A stretch of 64,000 nt of DNA from Acidobacteriota bacterium (lineage in GTDB: Bacteria; Acidobacteriota; UBA6911): contig CBDFLD010000023.1 of NCBI GenBank assembly GCA_965249005.1, positions 495,219 to 559,218 of the forward strand, read 5' to 3'. Position numbers and translations under genes: made by a program. Below the pieces are notes generated by a model that made no database searches, had not been told where the DNA came from, and saw only the letters and a list, made by a program, of their open reading frames with translations. Of the stretch, positions 8,795 to 18,791 are shown one piece after another (positions within the stretch are counted from its first letter, which is position 1; each line of letters starts with the position of its first letter).

Positions 8795-11598
8795 CGATGT
8801 TTTCGAATTACGCTGGCCAAGGCCTGGCCGGTGGCTGATTTTTTCAGTCGGCTCAGCGCCTCCGGTGCTCCCTGCGCTACGATTCTTCCCCCGCGGTCTC
8901 CGCCCTCCGGTCCCAGATCGATGACCCAGTCCGCCATCTTGATCACATCCAGGTTGTGCTCGATAACGATCACCGAATTGCCAAGATCAGCCAGGCTATT
9001 GAGAATGTCAAGGAGTTTCTTGACGTCGTGAAAGTGAAGACCGGTCGTCGGCTCGTCCAAAATGTACATTGTCCGCCCGGTCGCCCTCCGGCTCAGTTCC
9101 CGGGCAAGTTTTACTCGTTGTGCTTCTCCACCCGACAGGGTCGTGGCGGACTGCCCGAGCTGTACATATCCCAAACCGACACTGTTTAGAGTCTGTAGCT
9201 TCTGGGCGATGGGAGGAATGTTCTCGAGGAGCGGGAAAGCATCGCTTATGTTCATGGCCAAGATATCGGCGATCGAATACCCTTTGTACTTGACCGCCAA
9301 CGTTTCACGGTTGTAGCGCTTCCCTCGGCAAGTCTCACATAACACGTAGACATCCGGCAGGAAGTTCATTTCTATGCGGCGTAACCCATCGCCCTCGCAC
9401 GTTTCGCAGCGTCCGCCCTTGACATTGAAGCTGAACCGACCGGGTTTGTACCCGCGCACGCGGGACTCGGGAAGGAGAGAAAAAAGCTCGCGGATGTGGG
9501 TGAAAAGCCCGACATAGGTCGCCGGGTTCGATCTTGGCGTTCTACCGATGGGCGATTGATCGATCTCGATCACCTTGTCCAGATGCTCGATACCTCGAAT
9601 GCCGTCGTGCTCACCCGGATCCGTCGCGGCGCGGTGGAGCTCGCGGGACAAGGCCCGGAACAGGATATCGTCCACCAATGATGATTTGCCCGAGCCGGAG
9701 ACCCCCGTAATGCAGATGAGCAGCCCCAGGGGGAACTCAACAGTCAGATTCTTGAGATTGTTCTGCCGTGCTCCTTCGATGATGAGGGATTTTCCGTTTC
9801 CCTGCCTGCGTTTCTCGGGCAGCTCAATTTGTAACTCTCCCTTGAGATACTTGCCGGTCAGGGAATCCTGTTGCTGCTGGACTTCATCGATCGTGCCCGA
9901 AACCACGACGTGGCCTCCGGCCCGACCGGCTCCAGGCCCCAAGTCGATGACGTGATCCGCGTGACGAATCGTCTCCTCGTCGTGCTCCACTACCAGAATG
10001 GTATTGCCCAGGTCGCGAAGCTCGATCAGCGTGTCCAACAAACGCTGGTTGTCGCGCGGGTGCAACCCTATCGAGGGTTCGTCCAGGACGTAAAGAACAC
10101 CCCGGAGCCTCGAGCCAATCTGGGTCGCTAACCGGATACGCTGTCCCTCTCCTCCTGACAGCGTCGCGACCGCGCGGTCGAGGCTAAGATAGCCGAGTCC
10201 AACACCAATCAGGAACTCCAATCGATTGCGGATTTCCTTCAGGATTGGCCCGACAATCTTTTCTTCACGGTCCTCCAAACGCAGTGCCTGTAACTCTCGA
10301 ATGCAGTTCTCCAAGGTCAACATCGAAAAATCCGCGATGCCCCTACCGTGGACCTTGACGGCGCGGCTTTCCGGGCGCAAACGGGTCCCTTCACACGTCG
10401 GACATGCGCGAACGGACAGCAGTTTTTCAACATCCTGCCGAAGGCGGTTGCCTGACTGTTCTTTGTAGAGATTCTCGAGCCACGGCGCGACACCTTCGAA
10501 GTCGGCCTTGTATCTGAAGCCCCCGAGGGAAAACGTCATCGGTTTGGCGCTGCCGTAAAAAAAGACCTTCCGGGCTCTCGAGGATAGCTGCTCAAATGGT
10601 GTGCTCGTATCACCGGTGTAGTTGGCCGCTACCAGCAGCAGCGACTCGCGCAAGTAAGCCTGGATCTTGGCGCTATCGATTGGAAACTTCATTCTTCCAA
10701 CGGGCCGCGACGGGTCCACGATGATCCTTGCCGGGTCAATCACCGCCTTTATTCCCACGCCTTCACAGGATGGGCAGGCTCCATACTTGGAGTTGAAGGA
10801 GAACGAGCGAGGTTCGAGGTTCGGAATGTTCACGCCACAATCGATACAGGCTTGCCGTTCCGAATAGAGTCGCTCGTCCCGATCCAGAGCCTCAACCCGG
10901 ACAAGGCCTTCTGCAAGGTCGAGCGCCGCCTTCACGGACATCTCCAGTCGCCGCCGGATCCCGGAGCGAATCAACACTCGGTCGACCACGACATCGATCG
11001 AGTGGTTCTTGTTCCGAACCAGAGGGATATCCTCTTCGAGATCATAGAGCCGGCCATCGACACGGACCCGGACGAAACCTCTCCTGAGATACGTTTCAAA
11101 CAGTTTTCGGAATTCTCCTTTGCGATCCCGTACCACGGGCGCCATGATCATGACCCGCGCCGATTCGGGGTAGGCCTGGATGCTGTCCACGATCTGATCG
11201 ACGCTCTGGTGGGAAATGGGTTTGTGACAGAGGTGACAATGGGGCTTGCCGACGGAGGCAAACAGCAGACGCATGTAATCGTAGATTTCCGTCACCGTCC
11301 CAACCGTGGAACGGGGGCTCCGGCTTGTCGTCTTTTGCTCGATGCTGATCGCCGGGGATAACCCCTCGATGCTGTCGACATCCGGCTTCTCCATCTGCTC
11401 GAGAAACTGCCGCGCGAAGGCGGAGAGCGACTCGATGTAGCGACGCTGGCCCTCCGCGTATATGGTGTCGAACGCGAGGCTGGATTTGCCCGAACCGGAG
11501 AGCCCGGTAACCACAGTGATTCTCTGGCGCGGGATTTCTAAACTGATATCCTTGAGGTTATGCTGCCGGGCACCACGCAATACAATGTTCTCTATCAT
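8791..11598 (-). CDS. uvrA: Excinuclease ABC subunit A.
   Basis: 935 aa with two ABC ATPase modules ([23 protein letters not shown]… and [11 protein letters not shown]…) and zinc-finger cysteines. Confidence 0.95.
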   Translation of the reverse strand: MIENIVLRGARQHNLKDISLEIPRQRITVVTGLSGSGKSSLAFDTIYAEGQRRYIESLSAFARQFLEQMEKPDVDSIEGLSPAISIEQKTTSRSPRSTVGTVTEIYDYMRLLFASVGKPHCHLCHKPISHQSVDQIVDSIQAYPESARVMIMAPVVRDRKGEFRKLFETYLRRGFVRVRVDGRLYDLEEDIPLVRNKNHSIDVVVDRVLIRSGIRRRLEMSVKAALDLAEGLVRVEALDRDERLYSERQACIDCGVNIPNLEPRSFSFNSKYGACPSCEGVGIKAVIDPARIIVDPSRPVGRMKFPIDSAKIQAYLRESLLLVAANYTGDTSTPFEQLSSRARKVFFYGSAKPMTFSLGGFRYKADFEGVAPWLENLYKEQSGNRLRQDVEKLLSVRACPTCEGTRLRPESRAVKVHGRGIADFSMLTLENCIRELQALRLEDREEKIVGPILKEIRNRLEFLIGVGLGYLSLDRAVATLSGGEGQRIRLATQIGSRLRGVLYVLDEPSIGLHPRDNQRLLDTLIELRDLGNTILVVEHDEETIRHADHVIDLGPGAGRAGGHVVVSGTIDEVQQQQDSLTGKYLKGELQIELPEKRRQGNGKSLIIEGARQNNLKNLTVEFPLGLLICITGVSGSGKSSLVDDILFRALSRELHRAATDPGEHDGIRGIEHLDKVIEIDQSPIGRTPRSNPATYVGLFTHIRELFSLLPESRVRGYKPGRFSFNVKGGRCETCEGDGLRRIEMNFLPDVYVLCETCRGKRYNRETLAVKYKGYSIADILAMNISDAFPLLENIPPIAQKLQTLNSVGLGYVQLGQSATTLSGGEAQRVKLARELSRRATGRTMYILDEPTTGLHFHDVKKLLDILNSLADLGNSVIVIEHNLDVIKMADWVIDLGPEGGDRGGRIVAQGAPEALSRLKKSATGQALASVIRKHR

Positions 11599-11855
11599 GA
11601 TCGGTCCAAACGGTCCATTTTACCTTCTGCTGCTCCCGGGAGACAGAGAAAGCCTCGATTTATCCAGCGTTTTGAAGGTAGCGCGCGGCCGGCGCGCCCA
11701 ATTAAGCAATCCTCCCAACCGGCCGATACAGCAAATGGTTGGGATTGAGGGCGGACCGCTCGTTTTCGCGCAGGTCCATAGCGGAGCCCGCTCCAATCGG
11801 ACCTCTTCCACTGTACGGACGGGCGACAGACAAAGTGGCAACCACTACAGCGGCA

Positions 11856-13037
11856 ATGAACACAGCGGTGGCAGACACAGGTACTGTCACACCGGCCAAA
11901 AAGATTCGAGTCGCTTACGTCGTCCATACGTTTGACATGGGTGGACTCGAGCGTTGCATCGCGCACTTATCCAACCATTTGGACCGTTGCCATTTTCACC
12001 CCTTGGTGATTTGCTTGAACCGGAACGGCGACGCCGCGCGGTGGGTTTCCGCTTCGGACGTCGAGATCATCGAGCTTCACAAACGGGGGGGGAACGACCT
12101 CCGGGTCGTGGGCCGGCTGGCCCAGGCGCTGCGCCGACACAAAGTCGATTGGATTCATTCTCACAATTGGGGCACGCTGGTGGAGTCGGTACTCGCGCGC
12201 AAGCTGGCCCATACTCCCCACCACCTTCACGCCGAACACGGAATGGAGTTGGCGGACATCCGACTTGGAAGCTTGCACAAAAGCTTGCGCGCCATGTTCA
12301 CTCGCTGGGCTCTGCTGACAACCAGCGAGATCGTGACAGTGGCCGATTCGGTCCGAAAACGCTTGATCGAACGTTTGAGGATTCCGTCTGCCAGGATTCG
12401 ATTGCTATCAAATGGGGTGGAAGTTCCGGGCGTCGACGCCTCCGTGCGGCAGAACCTGCGGCAATCTCTCGGCATACCGGATCACCATCAGCTCATCGGC
12501 AGCGTTGGCCGCTTTGCGCCGGTCAAGAATTTTGGCGCCCTCGTGGACGCATTCTACCATTTGGATCGGCAAGCAGTCCCTTCGTCTCTGGTTCTTGTCG
12601 GCGACGGGCCTACTCGGGTGGCCATCATGCAACAGGCCAAGGCGCTCGGCCTGCAAGAGTCTGTTCATTTCGTGGGCCAACAATCGAATGTGGGTGAGTG
12701 GCTCTCAGCACTCGATATTTACGTGAACTGCAGCCTGAGCGAAGCCATGAGTCTTTCGATACTGGAAGCGATGGGTATGGGTGTTCCAATGGTTGTCGCC
12801 GACGTGGGCGACAATGCCAGGCTTGTCGGTGGAGCCTCGGCCTGCGGAACGATCGTTCCTCCCGATGATATTCCATCGCTGTCTGCGGGTTTGCAGGAAC
12901 TCGCTCAATCACCCCACGGATTGGGCGAAATGAGAGAAAACGGATTGCGACGGTACAAAAGAGAGTATACGACAGGAACGATGGTGGAGCGCTACGCGCA
13001 ACTTTATCGGGCCACTCTCGTCAAATCCGGTGCCTGA
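11856..13037 (+). CDS. Glycosyltransferase family 4 (GT-B). Start at ATG 11856; the track ORF extends to 11739.
   Basis: KIRVAYVVHTFDMGGLERCI… in the N-domain. The C-domain carries the EAMSLSILEAMGMGVPMVVADVGDN motif. Confidence 0.8.
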   Translation: MNTAVADTGTVTPAKKIRVAYVVHTFDMGGLERCIAHLSNHLDRCHFHPLVICLNRNGDAARWVSASDVEIIELHKRGGNDLRVVGRLAQALRRHKVDWIHSHNWGTLVESVLARKLAHTPHHLHAEHGMELADIRLGSLHKSLRAMFTRWALLTTSEIVTVADSVRKRLIERLRIPSARIRLLSNGVEVPGVDASVRQNLRQSLGIPDHHQLIGSVGRFAPVKNFGALVDAFYHLDRQAVPSSLVLVGDGPTRVAIMQQAKALGLQESVHFVGQQSNVGEWLSALDIYVNCSLSEAMSLSILEAMGMGVPMVVADVGDNARLVGGASACGTIVPPDDIPSLSAGLQELAQSPHGLGEMRENGLRRYKREYTTGTMVERYAQLYRATLVKSGA

Positions 13038-13243
13038 CAAGGGCTTCAAGAGTTTGCTGCAATGATTCCTGTCCAGTCAGGACTTTTTTCGCACTCTCAA
13101 AATCACAATCCTAAAAGCCAAGGATCGAACAATTCTCGACAACCCCTTCAAATTACAAACAAGGAGATATACTCTTAGTTAGAGTGAGACGTATACGTCA
13201 AACCCAGCGCCTCACAAGGCCAAAGCCGTTCCAGGAGACCTCC

Positions 13244-13549
13244 ATGGTTGCGAAGAGTCCAAAAGATCTCGAAATCGTCTGCCCCTGCTGCGAAGCGCGC
13301 CTGTCGATCGACGCAGCATTGAGCAAGGTGATTTCGTATGAGTCGCCGCCAAAACCATCTGATGCTCCGGACCTCGACCGCGTGGGAGAGCTTCTCAAGG
13401 AACAAAAAGCGAGGCGCGAGGCCATCTTCGCCCAGAGTCAGGAAGACGAAAAAACCAAAACACAGTTGCTGGACAAGAAGTTCCAGGAAGCCCTCAAGAA
13501 AAGTAAGGGGGAGCCTGTGGAAAGGCCGACTCGCGACATTGATTTGTAG
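13244..13549 (+). CDS. Small hypothetical protein with a CPCC…C zinc-ribbon-like N-terminus and a Lys/Glu-rich tail.
   Basis: ATG 13244 is preceded by AGGAGA. The N-terminal 20 codons of track ORF 13184 have no RBS. No family recognised. Confidence 0.4.
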   Translation: MVAKSPKDLEIVCPCCEARLSIDAALSKVISYESPPKPSDAPDLDRVGELLKEQKARREAIFAQSQEDEKTKTQLLDKKFQEALKKSKGEPVERPTRDIDL

Positions 13550-13703
13550 CCGGGCCTATCGGCCCCGCGCTGACCGCCTGGCGCTGTCCGTCTTCCGCTT
13601 GCCGTTTCAGTAAGTGCGACTTGAGAATTCTTTATCATGCCGCTCACGGAGTGAGCGGCCCACTGCAGCAGGCGCTTGACGCAAGACGCTTGGCGGAAAG
13701 CGC

Positions 13704-14576
13704 TCAGCGCAACGGGCTGACGCTTCCGGTCGGCCGATTGAATACGGCCCGAATGATCTTCAATTTGCCGTTGTCCATGGCTCTCTGGATGATCGGACTC
13801 TCGTGGATCTTTTCTGCGACACGGCGAACATTGGACGAGACTCCCAGTCCGACCAGTCTTTCGCCCTTGGCCGCACCCTCGTATTTCTCGAGCGCCGGTT
13901 TGATCCCGCTCACTATCGCCATGAGATTCGGGGTCGGCATGAGATATCCGGAAACAGCCAAACTGACGGCACCGCATTGATCGTGCCCAAGGACCACGAT
14001 CAGTTTGGAGCGCAAGCGCTCAACCGCATACTCGATGCCCCCCAGGGAGGGACCATCCGCCACGTGCCCCGGGGTCCGGACCACAAAGAGACTTCCAAAG
14101 CCCTTGTCGAAGATCAATTCCGGGCTCATCGCACTGTCCGAACACGTCAGGATCACAGCCCGCGGTGGTTTATCCTCGGCTGCGGCTTCGCGATCCTTCA
14201 CGGAGTCGTGTTCGCTGGGATGGCCCGACATGAATCGTTTGTTCCCCTCCATGAGCTCGGCCCAGATTTGCATTGGGGTTTCAGGCCTCTTGGACCGCCG
14301 GCCTCGCCGCCCTCGGTGGGGGGTCTTTCTTTTTTGGTCGGCAACGGAGTCCTGACCCGGTTTTGTCTTCCCGGCCTCCTTTGCTTTTCCATCTGCCCCC
14401 TCACTGTTTTCTGTTTCCCTGCCCTTCGACTCGGTCTCTTCTTTGGCTGTTTCGTCGCCCTGCTTCTTTGGATCATCCTTCGGGTCTTCGCCGCCACAAC
14501 CCATCAGAAGGACCAATGCCAGCAAGACTATAAGGTTCTCAACGAGCGAAACATGCCTCTTCGATGTCACCGGCAT
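13704..14576 (-). CDS. Beta-class carbonic anhydrase, lipoprotein form, with a long K/E/G-rich low-complexity linker.
   Basis: Lipobox LLMGCGG. Beta-CA zinc ligands are present: CSDS(A) and HDQCGA. Confidence 0.8.
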   Translation of the reverse strand: MPVTSKRHVSLVENLIVLLALVLLMGCGGEDPKDDPKKQGDETAKEETESKGRETENSEGADGKAKEAGKTKPGQDSVADQKRKTPHRGRRGRRSKRPETPMQIWAELMEGNKRFMSGHPSEHDSVKDREAAAEDKPPRAVILTCSDSAMSPELIFDKGFGSLFVVRTPGHVADGPSLGGIEYAVERLRSKLIVVLGHDQCGAVSLAVSGYLMPTPNLMAIVSGIKPALEKYEGAAKGERLVGLGVSSNVRRVAEKIHESPIIQRAMDNGKLKIIRAVFNRPTGSVSPLR

Positions 14577-14809
14577 TCCATCTCCTGACTAAAGCAGTTC
14601 TGATTGGTTCTGATTCGGTAAATCGGATTCTGTGCGGAAACCTTTAGGGTTCAACCCAGAATATAATGTGCAAGGATAAGTGAACCCGGCGTCCTTTCCA
14701 TGATATCTGTTGCAAGAGCACGAGAGCTCGAGCATTGGGAAGTATTTCGATCAACGCGTCTGGCCGGCGAGGGAACTCGTCCCCCAGGCTGTCAATTCGG
14801 TGCAAAACT

Positions 14810-17191
14810 ATGATAATACTACAATTGCAGTTTTCCAGAGTCAGGCGAACTCACCTGGGTGTCTGGATGAGCCTCTGGCTCTTCTCGGCCTCGGGGTGGC
14901 TCATCGCTCAGGAACCCGTCCCTCTCCCGGTCCACAAGGTCGTGCTCTACAAGAACGGAATGGGATATTTCCAGCATCTCGGACCCGTTCGAGGAGCCGA
15001 GGCAGTCGAGATCGCGCTACCCAGCGCTCAGCTGAACGATGTTCTCAAGTCGCTCACCGTCCTGGACCTGGGAGACGGCCAGGTCACCGGGGTCACATAC
15101 GACTCCAACGCCCCGCTCGACAGGCGGCTGTCGGAAATCCCCATCGACCTTCGCTTCGCGAAGGGTCTGGTCGGCTTCCTGAACGAGCTGCGCGGAACGG
15201 GAGTTGAAATCCGCACTCCATCGGGAATGGTGACAGGCAAGCTCATGGGTGCGGAACTGCGAACAAAAACAACAGGAAACGAAACCACGTCGCAGGTGGT
15301 CGAGTTGACGTCTCTTTCCCAGACAGGTGAGCTCCGGCTGGTCGATCTGGAATCCGCCCGGGCCTTGAAGTTCACCGATGCGGATTTGGCCGCGGATCTG
15401 AACCGCTACCTGGACTTGCTCGGTTCGACGCATCAACGGGACATTCGGAAGCTCCGAATACAGACCTCGGGGTCCGGACAGCGGCAACTCCACGTGAGCT
15501 ACACCTCGGAGTCGCCCATCTGGAAAATGACCTATCGCATTGTCCTGGGTCCTGGCGAAAAGCCGCTGCTTCAGGGGTGGGCGGTAGTCGACAACACAAC
15601 CCCATTGGACTGGAACGATGTCTCGCTCTCGCTTGTGTCCGGGGCACCGGTCAGCTTCGTCCAGAACTTGTCCCAGCCTCTCTATGCCCGGCGGCCCGTG
15701 GTTCCGTTGCCGCATGGGCTGCAGGTGAATCCACAGACGCACCAGGCGACCCTGGTCTCGCCTACCGGCACGACTGCGATCGCCGGAATGGTGCGGGATG
15801 CCTCGGGAGGCGCTATTGCCGGCGCCAGCATTGCAATTCTGGACATGGGGGGTAATACCGTCGCCCAGGGCGTGAGCAACAGTCAGGGAAATTTTCAGGT
15901 CGAGATCAATCCGGGAAGCTATCGGGTTCAGGCAATGCTGCCAGGATTCCAGACCTCCGAATACTCGAGCATCAAGGTCGGATCCGGTCGGACCACCTCG
16001 CTAGACTTCACTCTACGGGTCGGCCAAATGGCGGATAGCATGGAAATGCAAGTCAAGAGACGGAGTGGGCGGCGCAACGAGCTTCGAGCCATGGATCAAC
16101 TTTCTTCGGCTCGGGTTGCCAAAGAAGAGCCAGCGGCACCGATGGCCGCGGGGGGCGGTATTGGTGCCGCCATGCGGGAGCAGAAGCAGCAGACGGCATC
16201 TGCCCAGGACTTGGGGGAGCAGTTCGAGTATCGGCTGCCGCACGCGGTAACGATTGGAAGGAACCAATCGGGCCTCCTGCCGATCCTACACACGGAGGTA
16301 GAGGGAGAGAAAGTCTCCGTCTATACGGCGAACTCGCGTTCCGACGGCACGCGGCCGCGGCTCGCTGTTTGGCTCGAGAACTCGAGCGGGATCACGCTGG
16401 ACTCGGGCTCCTTTACCGTCATCGACAGCGATGCCTTCGCCGGGGAAGGACTCACCGAAACGGTCCAGGCCGGAGAAAAACGCCTGTTGAGCTATGCTCT
16501 CGACCTGGGAGTCGAGGTTTCGACTCGTGTCCAAAGTCAGCCTCAACGTGTCGATCGGGTCGAGATCAACCGGGGCGTGCTGCGGATGCACTCGAAGCTG
16601 GTTCAAAGAAGAACCTATACCGTAAGAAACAACGACGACAGAGCAAGAACCCTGATCATCGAGCATCCCGTCCAGACGGGCTGGAAGATGGTCGACACGT
16701 CGCCGCCCGCGGAGACCACTTCGAGCTATCACCGCTTTCGCGTTCCGGCCAAACCCAAGAGCACCGTCGATTTGACCGTGAGCGAGCAAAGACCGCAGCA
16801 GACCACCTACAGCATCCGGAACGTCAGCCTGGACCAGATCTCGTTGTGGCTACGGCAACGCTCGATCGATCCGCAGATCGAGGAGGCTCTGGCCGGAATA
16901 GTTGAAAAGCAGAAGGAGATCAACACTCTTTCCAAGCAGGTCTCGATGCTTCAAACGGAACAGACTGAGATCTTTCAGGATCAGGAACGGTTGCGGGGTA
17001 ATCTCCAGCGACTCCGTCAAACCCCGGAGGAGGCCTCGTTGCGCCAACGCTACATTCGCCAGCTGGAAGCCCAGGAAGATCGGCTCGAGCTCCTTCGAAA
17101 AGAACGGGAGGGTCTGGAAGCCACGAAAACCAAGACACAGGGCGAGTTGGACCAGCGGCTTCAGGGACTCACCATGGACCGGAAGCTCTAG
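14810..17191 (+). CDS. Secreted multidomain protein: N-terminal DUF4140/DUF4139-like (MuiA-like) region, a carboxypeptidase-regulatory-like beta-sandwich, and a C-terminal coiled coil. The start is ATG 14810 or 14867.
   Basis: Signal peptide MIILQLQFSRVRRTHLGVWMSLWLFSASGWLIA. VVLYKNGMGYFQHLGPVRG…ALPSAQLNDVLKSLTVLDLGDG matches the DUF4140 pattern. GMVRDASGGAIAGASIAILDMGGNTVAQGVSNSQGNFQVEINPGSYRVQA is a CarbopepD_reg-like domain. Confidence 0.55.
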   Translation: MIILQLQFSRVRRTHLGVWMSLWLFSASGWLIAQEPVPLPVHKVVLYKNGMGYFQHLGPVRGAEAVEIALPSAQLNDVLKSLTVLDLGDGQVTGVTYDSNAPLDRRLSEIPIDLRFAKGLVGFLNELRGTGVEIRTPSGMVTGKLMGAELRTKTTGNETTSQVVELTSLSQTGELRLVDLESARALKFTDADLAADLNRYLDLLGSTHQRDIRKLRIQTSGSGQRQLHVSYTSESPIWKMTYRIVLGPGEKPLLQGWAVVDNTTPLDWNDVSLSLVSGAPVSFVQNLSQPLYARRPVVPLPHGLQVNPQTHQATLVSPTGTTAIAGMVRDASGGAIAGASIAILDMGGNTVAQGVSNSQGNFQVEINPGSYRVQAMLPGFQTSEYSSIKVGSGRTTSLDFTLRVGQMADSMEMQVKRRSGRRNELRAMDQLSSARVAKEEPAAPMAAGGGIGAAMREQKQQTASAQDLGEQFEYRLPHAVTIGRNQSGLLPILHTEVEGEKVSVYTANSRSDGTRPRLAVWLENSSGITLDSGSFTVIDSDAFAGEGLTETVQAGEKRLLSYALDLGVEVSTRVQSQPQRVDRVEINRGVLRMHSKLVQRRTYTVRNNDDRARTLIIEHPVQTGWKMVDTSPPAETTSSYHRFRVPAKPKSTVDLTVSEQRPQQTTYSIRNVSLDQISLWLRQRSIDPQIEEALAGIVEKQKEINTLSKQVSMLQTEQTEIFQDQERLRGNLQRLRQTPEEASLRQRYIRQLEAQEDRLELLRKEREGLEATKTKTQGELDQRLQGLTMDRKL

Positions 17192-18738
17192 GTTGGACTG
17201 TGCTGCCGGGCCCGGACCGTCCGTCCGTAATCTTCCATTTGCCGTTCGATCTCGGCTTTGGACCAGTGCATCGCCGGCGCGACTACCCTGCATATCTCCC
17301 GCAGGGAGCCCGTCCCCTGCTGACGATCGAGCAGGGCGACACGAGTGCGCCGCGACAGGATGTCGTCTAGATTCCGGGCTTTTTGACGGGTCACGGCAAA
17401 GTAGGCCTCGGCCAGTATGTAGGGGAGGCCGGGGATGATCCGGCGCTTCCATTCCGGATAAACCTCCAAGATCGAAGCGATTTGCTGTGCCCAGCTTCCG
17501 TAGTCCTGGATCAAGTGAGATCGGACATCCCTCGGCAACTCGAAACCGGAAAAAGGATTGAAATCCCTTGCGGGAGGGTTGCCAATCTCGATGCGATTCG
17601 TCCAGCAGGGGAGAATGACCAGCTCGCGATCGATCGACTGGATGTGGGAAACGACGCGATCGACGACTTGCCGCGCCTCGCGGCGATAATCCGTCAACCC
17701 CAACTGGTCCGCCCGTAGCCATCCCTTCCCGATCGGATCAAGACCGTCATGCAAAGCGACGGGTTCGGCCCGGGCCGAATGATCCCTCAACCTCCGTGCA
17801 CCAGGATAGCTCGACACGACGTCCCGAATCGTAAAGCGACTTCTCGGAAACAACCAGTTGAGGGTTTCCAAGATCTCATCGACCTCGTCCCGATTCTCAG
17901 GCAGCTCGTTTGCGGCGATGCTAACCAGCACCCCCTCATACCAGGGTACGACCAAAAAAATACGCCGGTCGCCGGGGCGAGAGACCGCGATCCCGTGATT
18001 CAGATTGAGCTCTTCTCGCCGAAGTACAACGACGGCCCTCTCCGCAGCAACCGTTTTTCCCGGTGCGCCAGCCCGCCTACCAGTGACGTGGACGATTTGT
18101 CTTGTCCGGATTCGCCACGACTTTCCCGTGATGGTGTCGCGAACCGTCGCGCCGGTGATTCGGGCGGAATCCTCGAGCAGTTCCTCTATGGTAACGTAGT
18201 TGTATATCCTCGCGCCTCTCGTCTGGGCATCCAAGATGAGAGATAAGGCGAGACGCACATCGTCGGTAACGCAATCATAAAAGAGGGCGCCGCCGGAAAG
18301 GCCCGCGGAGCAGAGATCCGGATTGTATTCCAGTACCTGTTCGGATGTGAGACGCCTCGACTTCAGGTCGGTTTCGGTTACGTTGAGGCGATCGTACAGC
18401 CAGCGTCCCGGGAGCGATCGCCAACCTTGCTCTTGCCCTTCGTACCGGGGAAAAAGAAACGGCATCCAGCGAACCAATCCCGGAGCCAGGCGGGTCAAGC
18501 TATGGCTTTCACGGATGGAACGAACCGTCGATCTGAGGGGAGCTCGAGACAAGTTCCCGAGCCCTCCGTAAATCATCTGGAGACTCCGAGAACCGGAGCC
18601 GGCGGCGAAATCACCGCTCGAGAGCAACACCGTTTTCAATCCGCGAGCGACTGCATCCGAAGCGATACCTGCAGCCGCAAGGCCCCCACCGATCACCAAC
18701 AAGTCATATACAACCGGACTTCGAGACTCTAGGGGCAT
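17188..18738 (-). CDS. glpD: FAD-dependent glycerol-3-phosphate dehydrogenase/oxidase (GlpD/GlpA family).
   Basis: YDLLVIGGGLAAAGIASDAVARGLKTVLL…GSGSRSLQMIYGGL is the N-terminal FAD fold with the GlpD signature. Confidence 0.75.
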   Translation of the reverse strand: MPLESRSPVVYDLLVIGGGLAAAGIASDAVARGLKTVLLSSGDFAAGSGSRSLQMIYGGLGNLSRAPLRSTVRSIRESHSLTRLAPGLVRWMPFLFPRYEGQEQGWRSLPGRWLYDRLNVTETDLKSRRLTSEQVLEYNPDLCSAGLSGGALFYDCVTDDVRLALSLILDAQTRGARIYNYVTIEELLEDSARITGATVRDTITGKSWRIRTRQIVHVTGRRAGAPGKTVAAERAVVVLRREELNLNHGIAVSRPGDRRIFLVVPWYEGVLVSIAANELPENRDEVDEILETLNWLFPRSRFTIRDVVSSYPGARRLRDHSARAEPVALHDGLDPIGKGWLRADQLGLTDYRREARQVVDRVVSHIQSIDRELVILPCWTNRIEIGNPPARDFNPFSGFELPRDVRSHLIQDYGSWAQQIASILEVYPEWKRRIIPGLPYILAEAYFAVTRQKARNLDDILSRRTRVALLDRQQGTGSLREICRVVAPAMHWSKAEIERQMEDYGRTVRARQHSPT

Positions 18739-18791
18739 CTACAGCTCTACGCTTTCCGCTGAATCAGCTTTCAGCCATCATCGCTGAAAGC

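Noticed and set aside
13803-14588. 261-aa plus-strand ORF
   Set aside because: Antisense to the beta-carbonic anhydrase gene. Arg/Pro-rich low-complexity translation.
15017-15742. 241-aa minus-strand ORF
   Set aside because: Antisense inside the 818-aa secreted protein gene. No recognisable domain.
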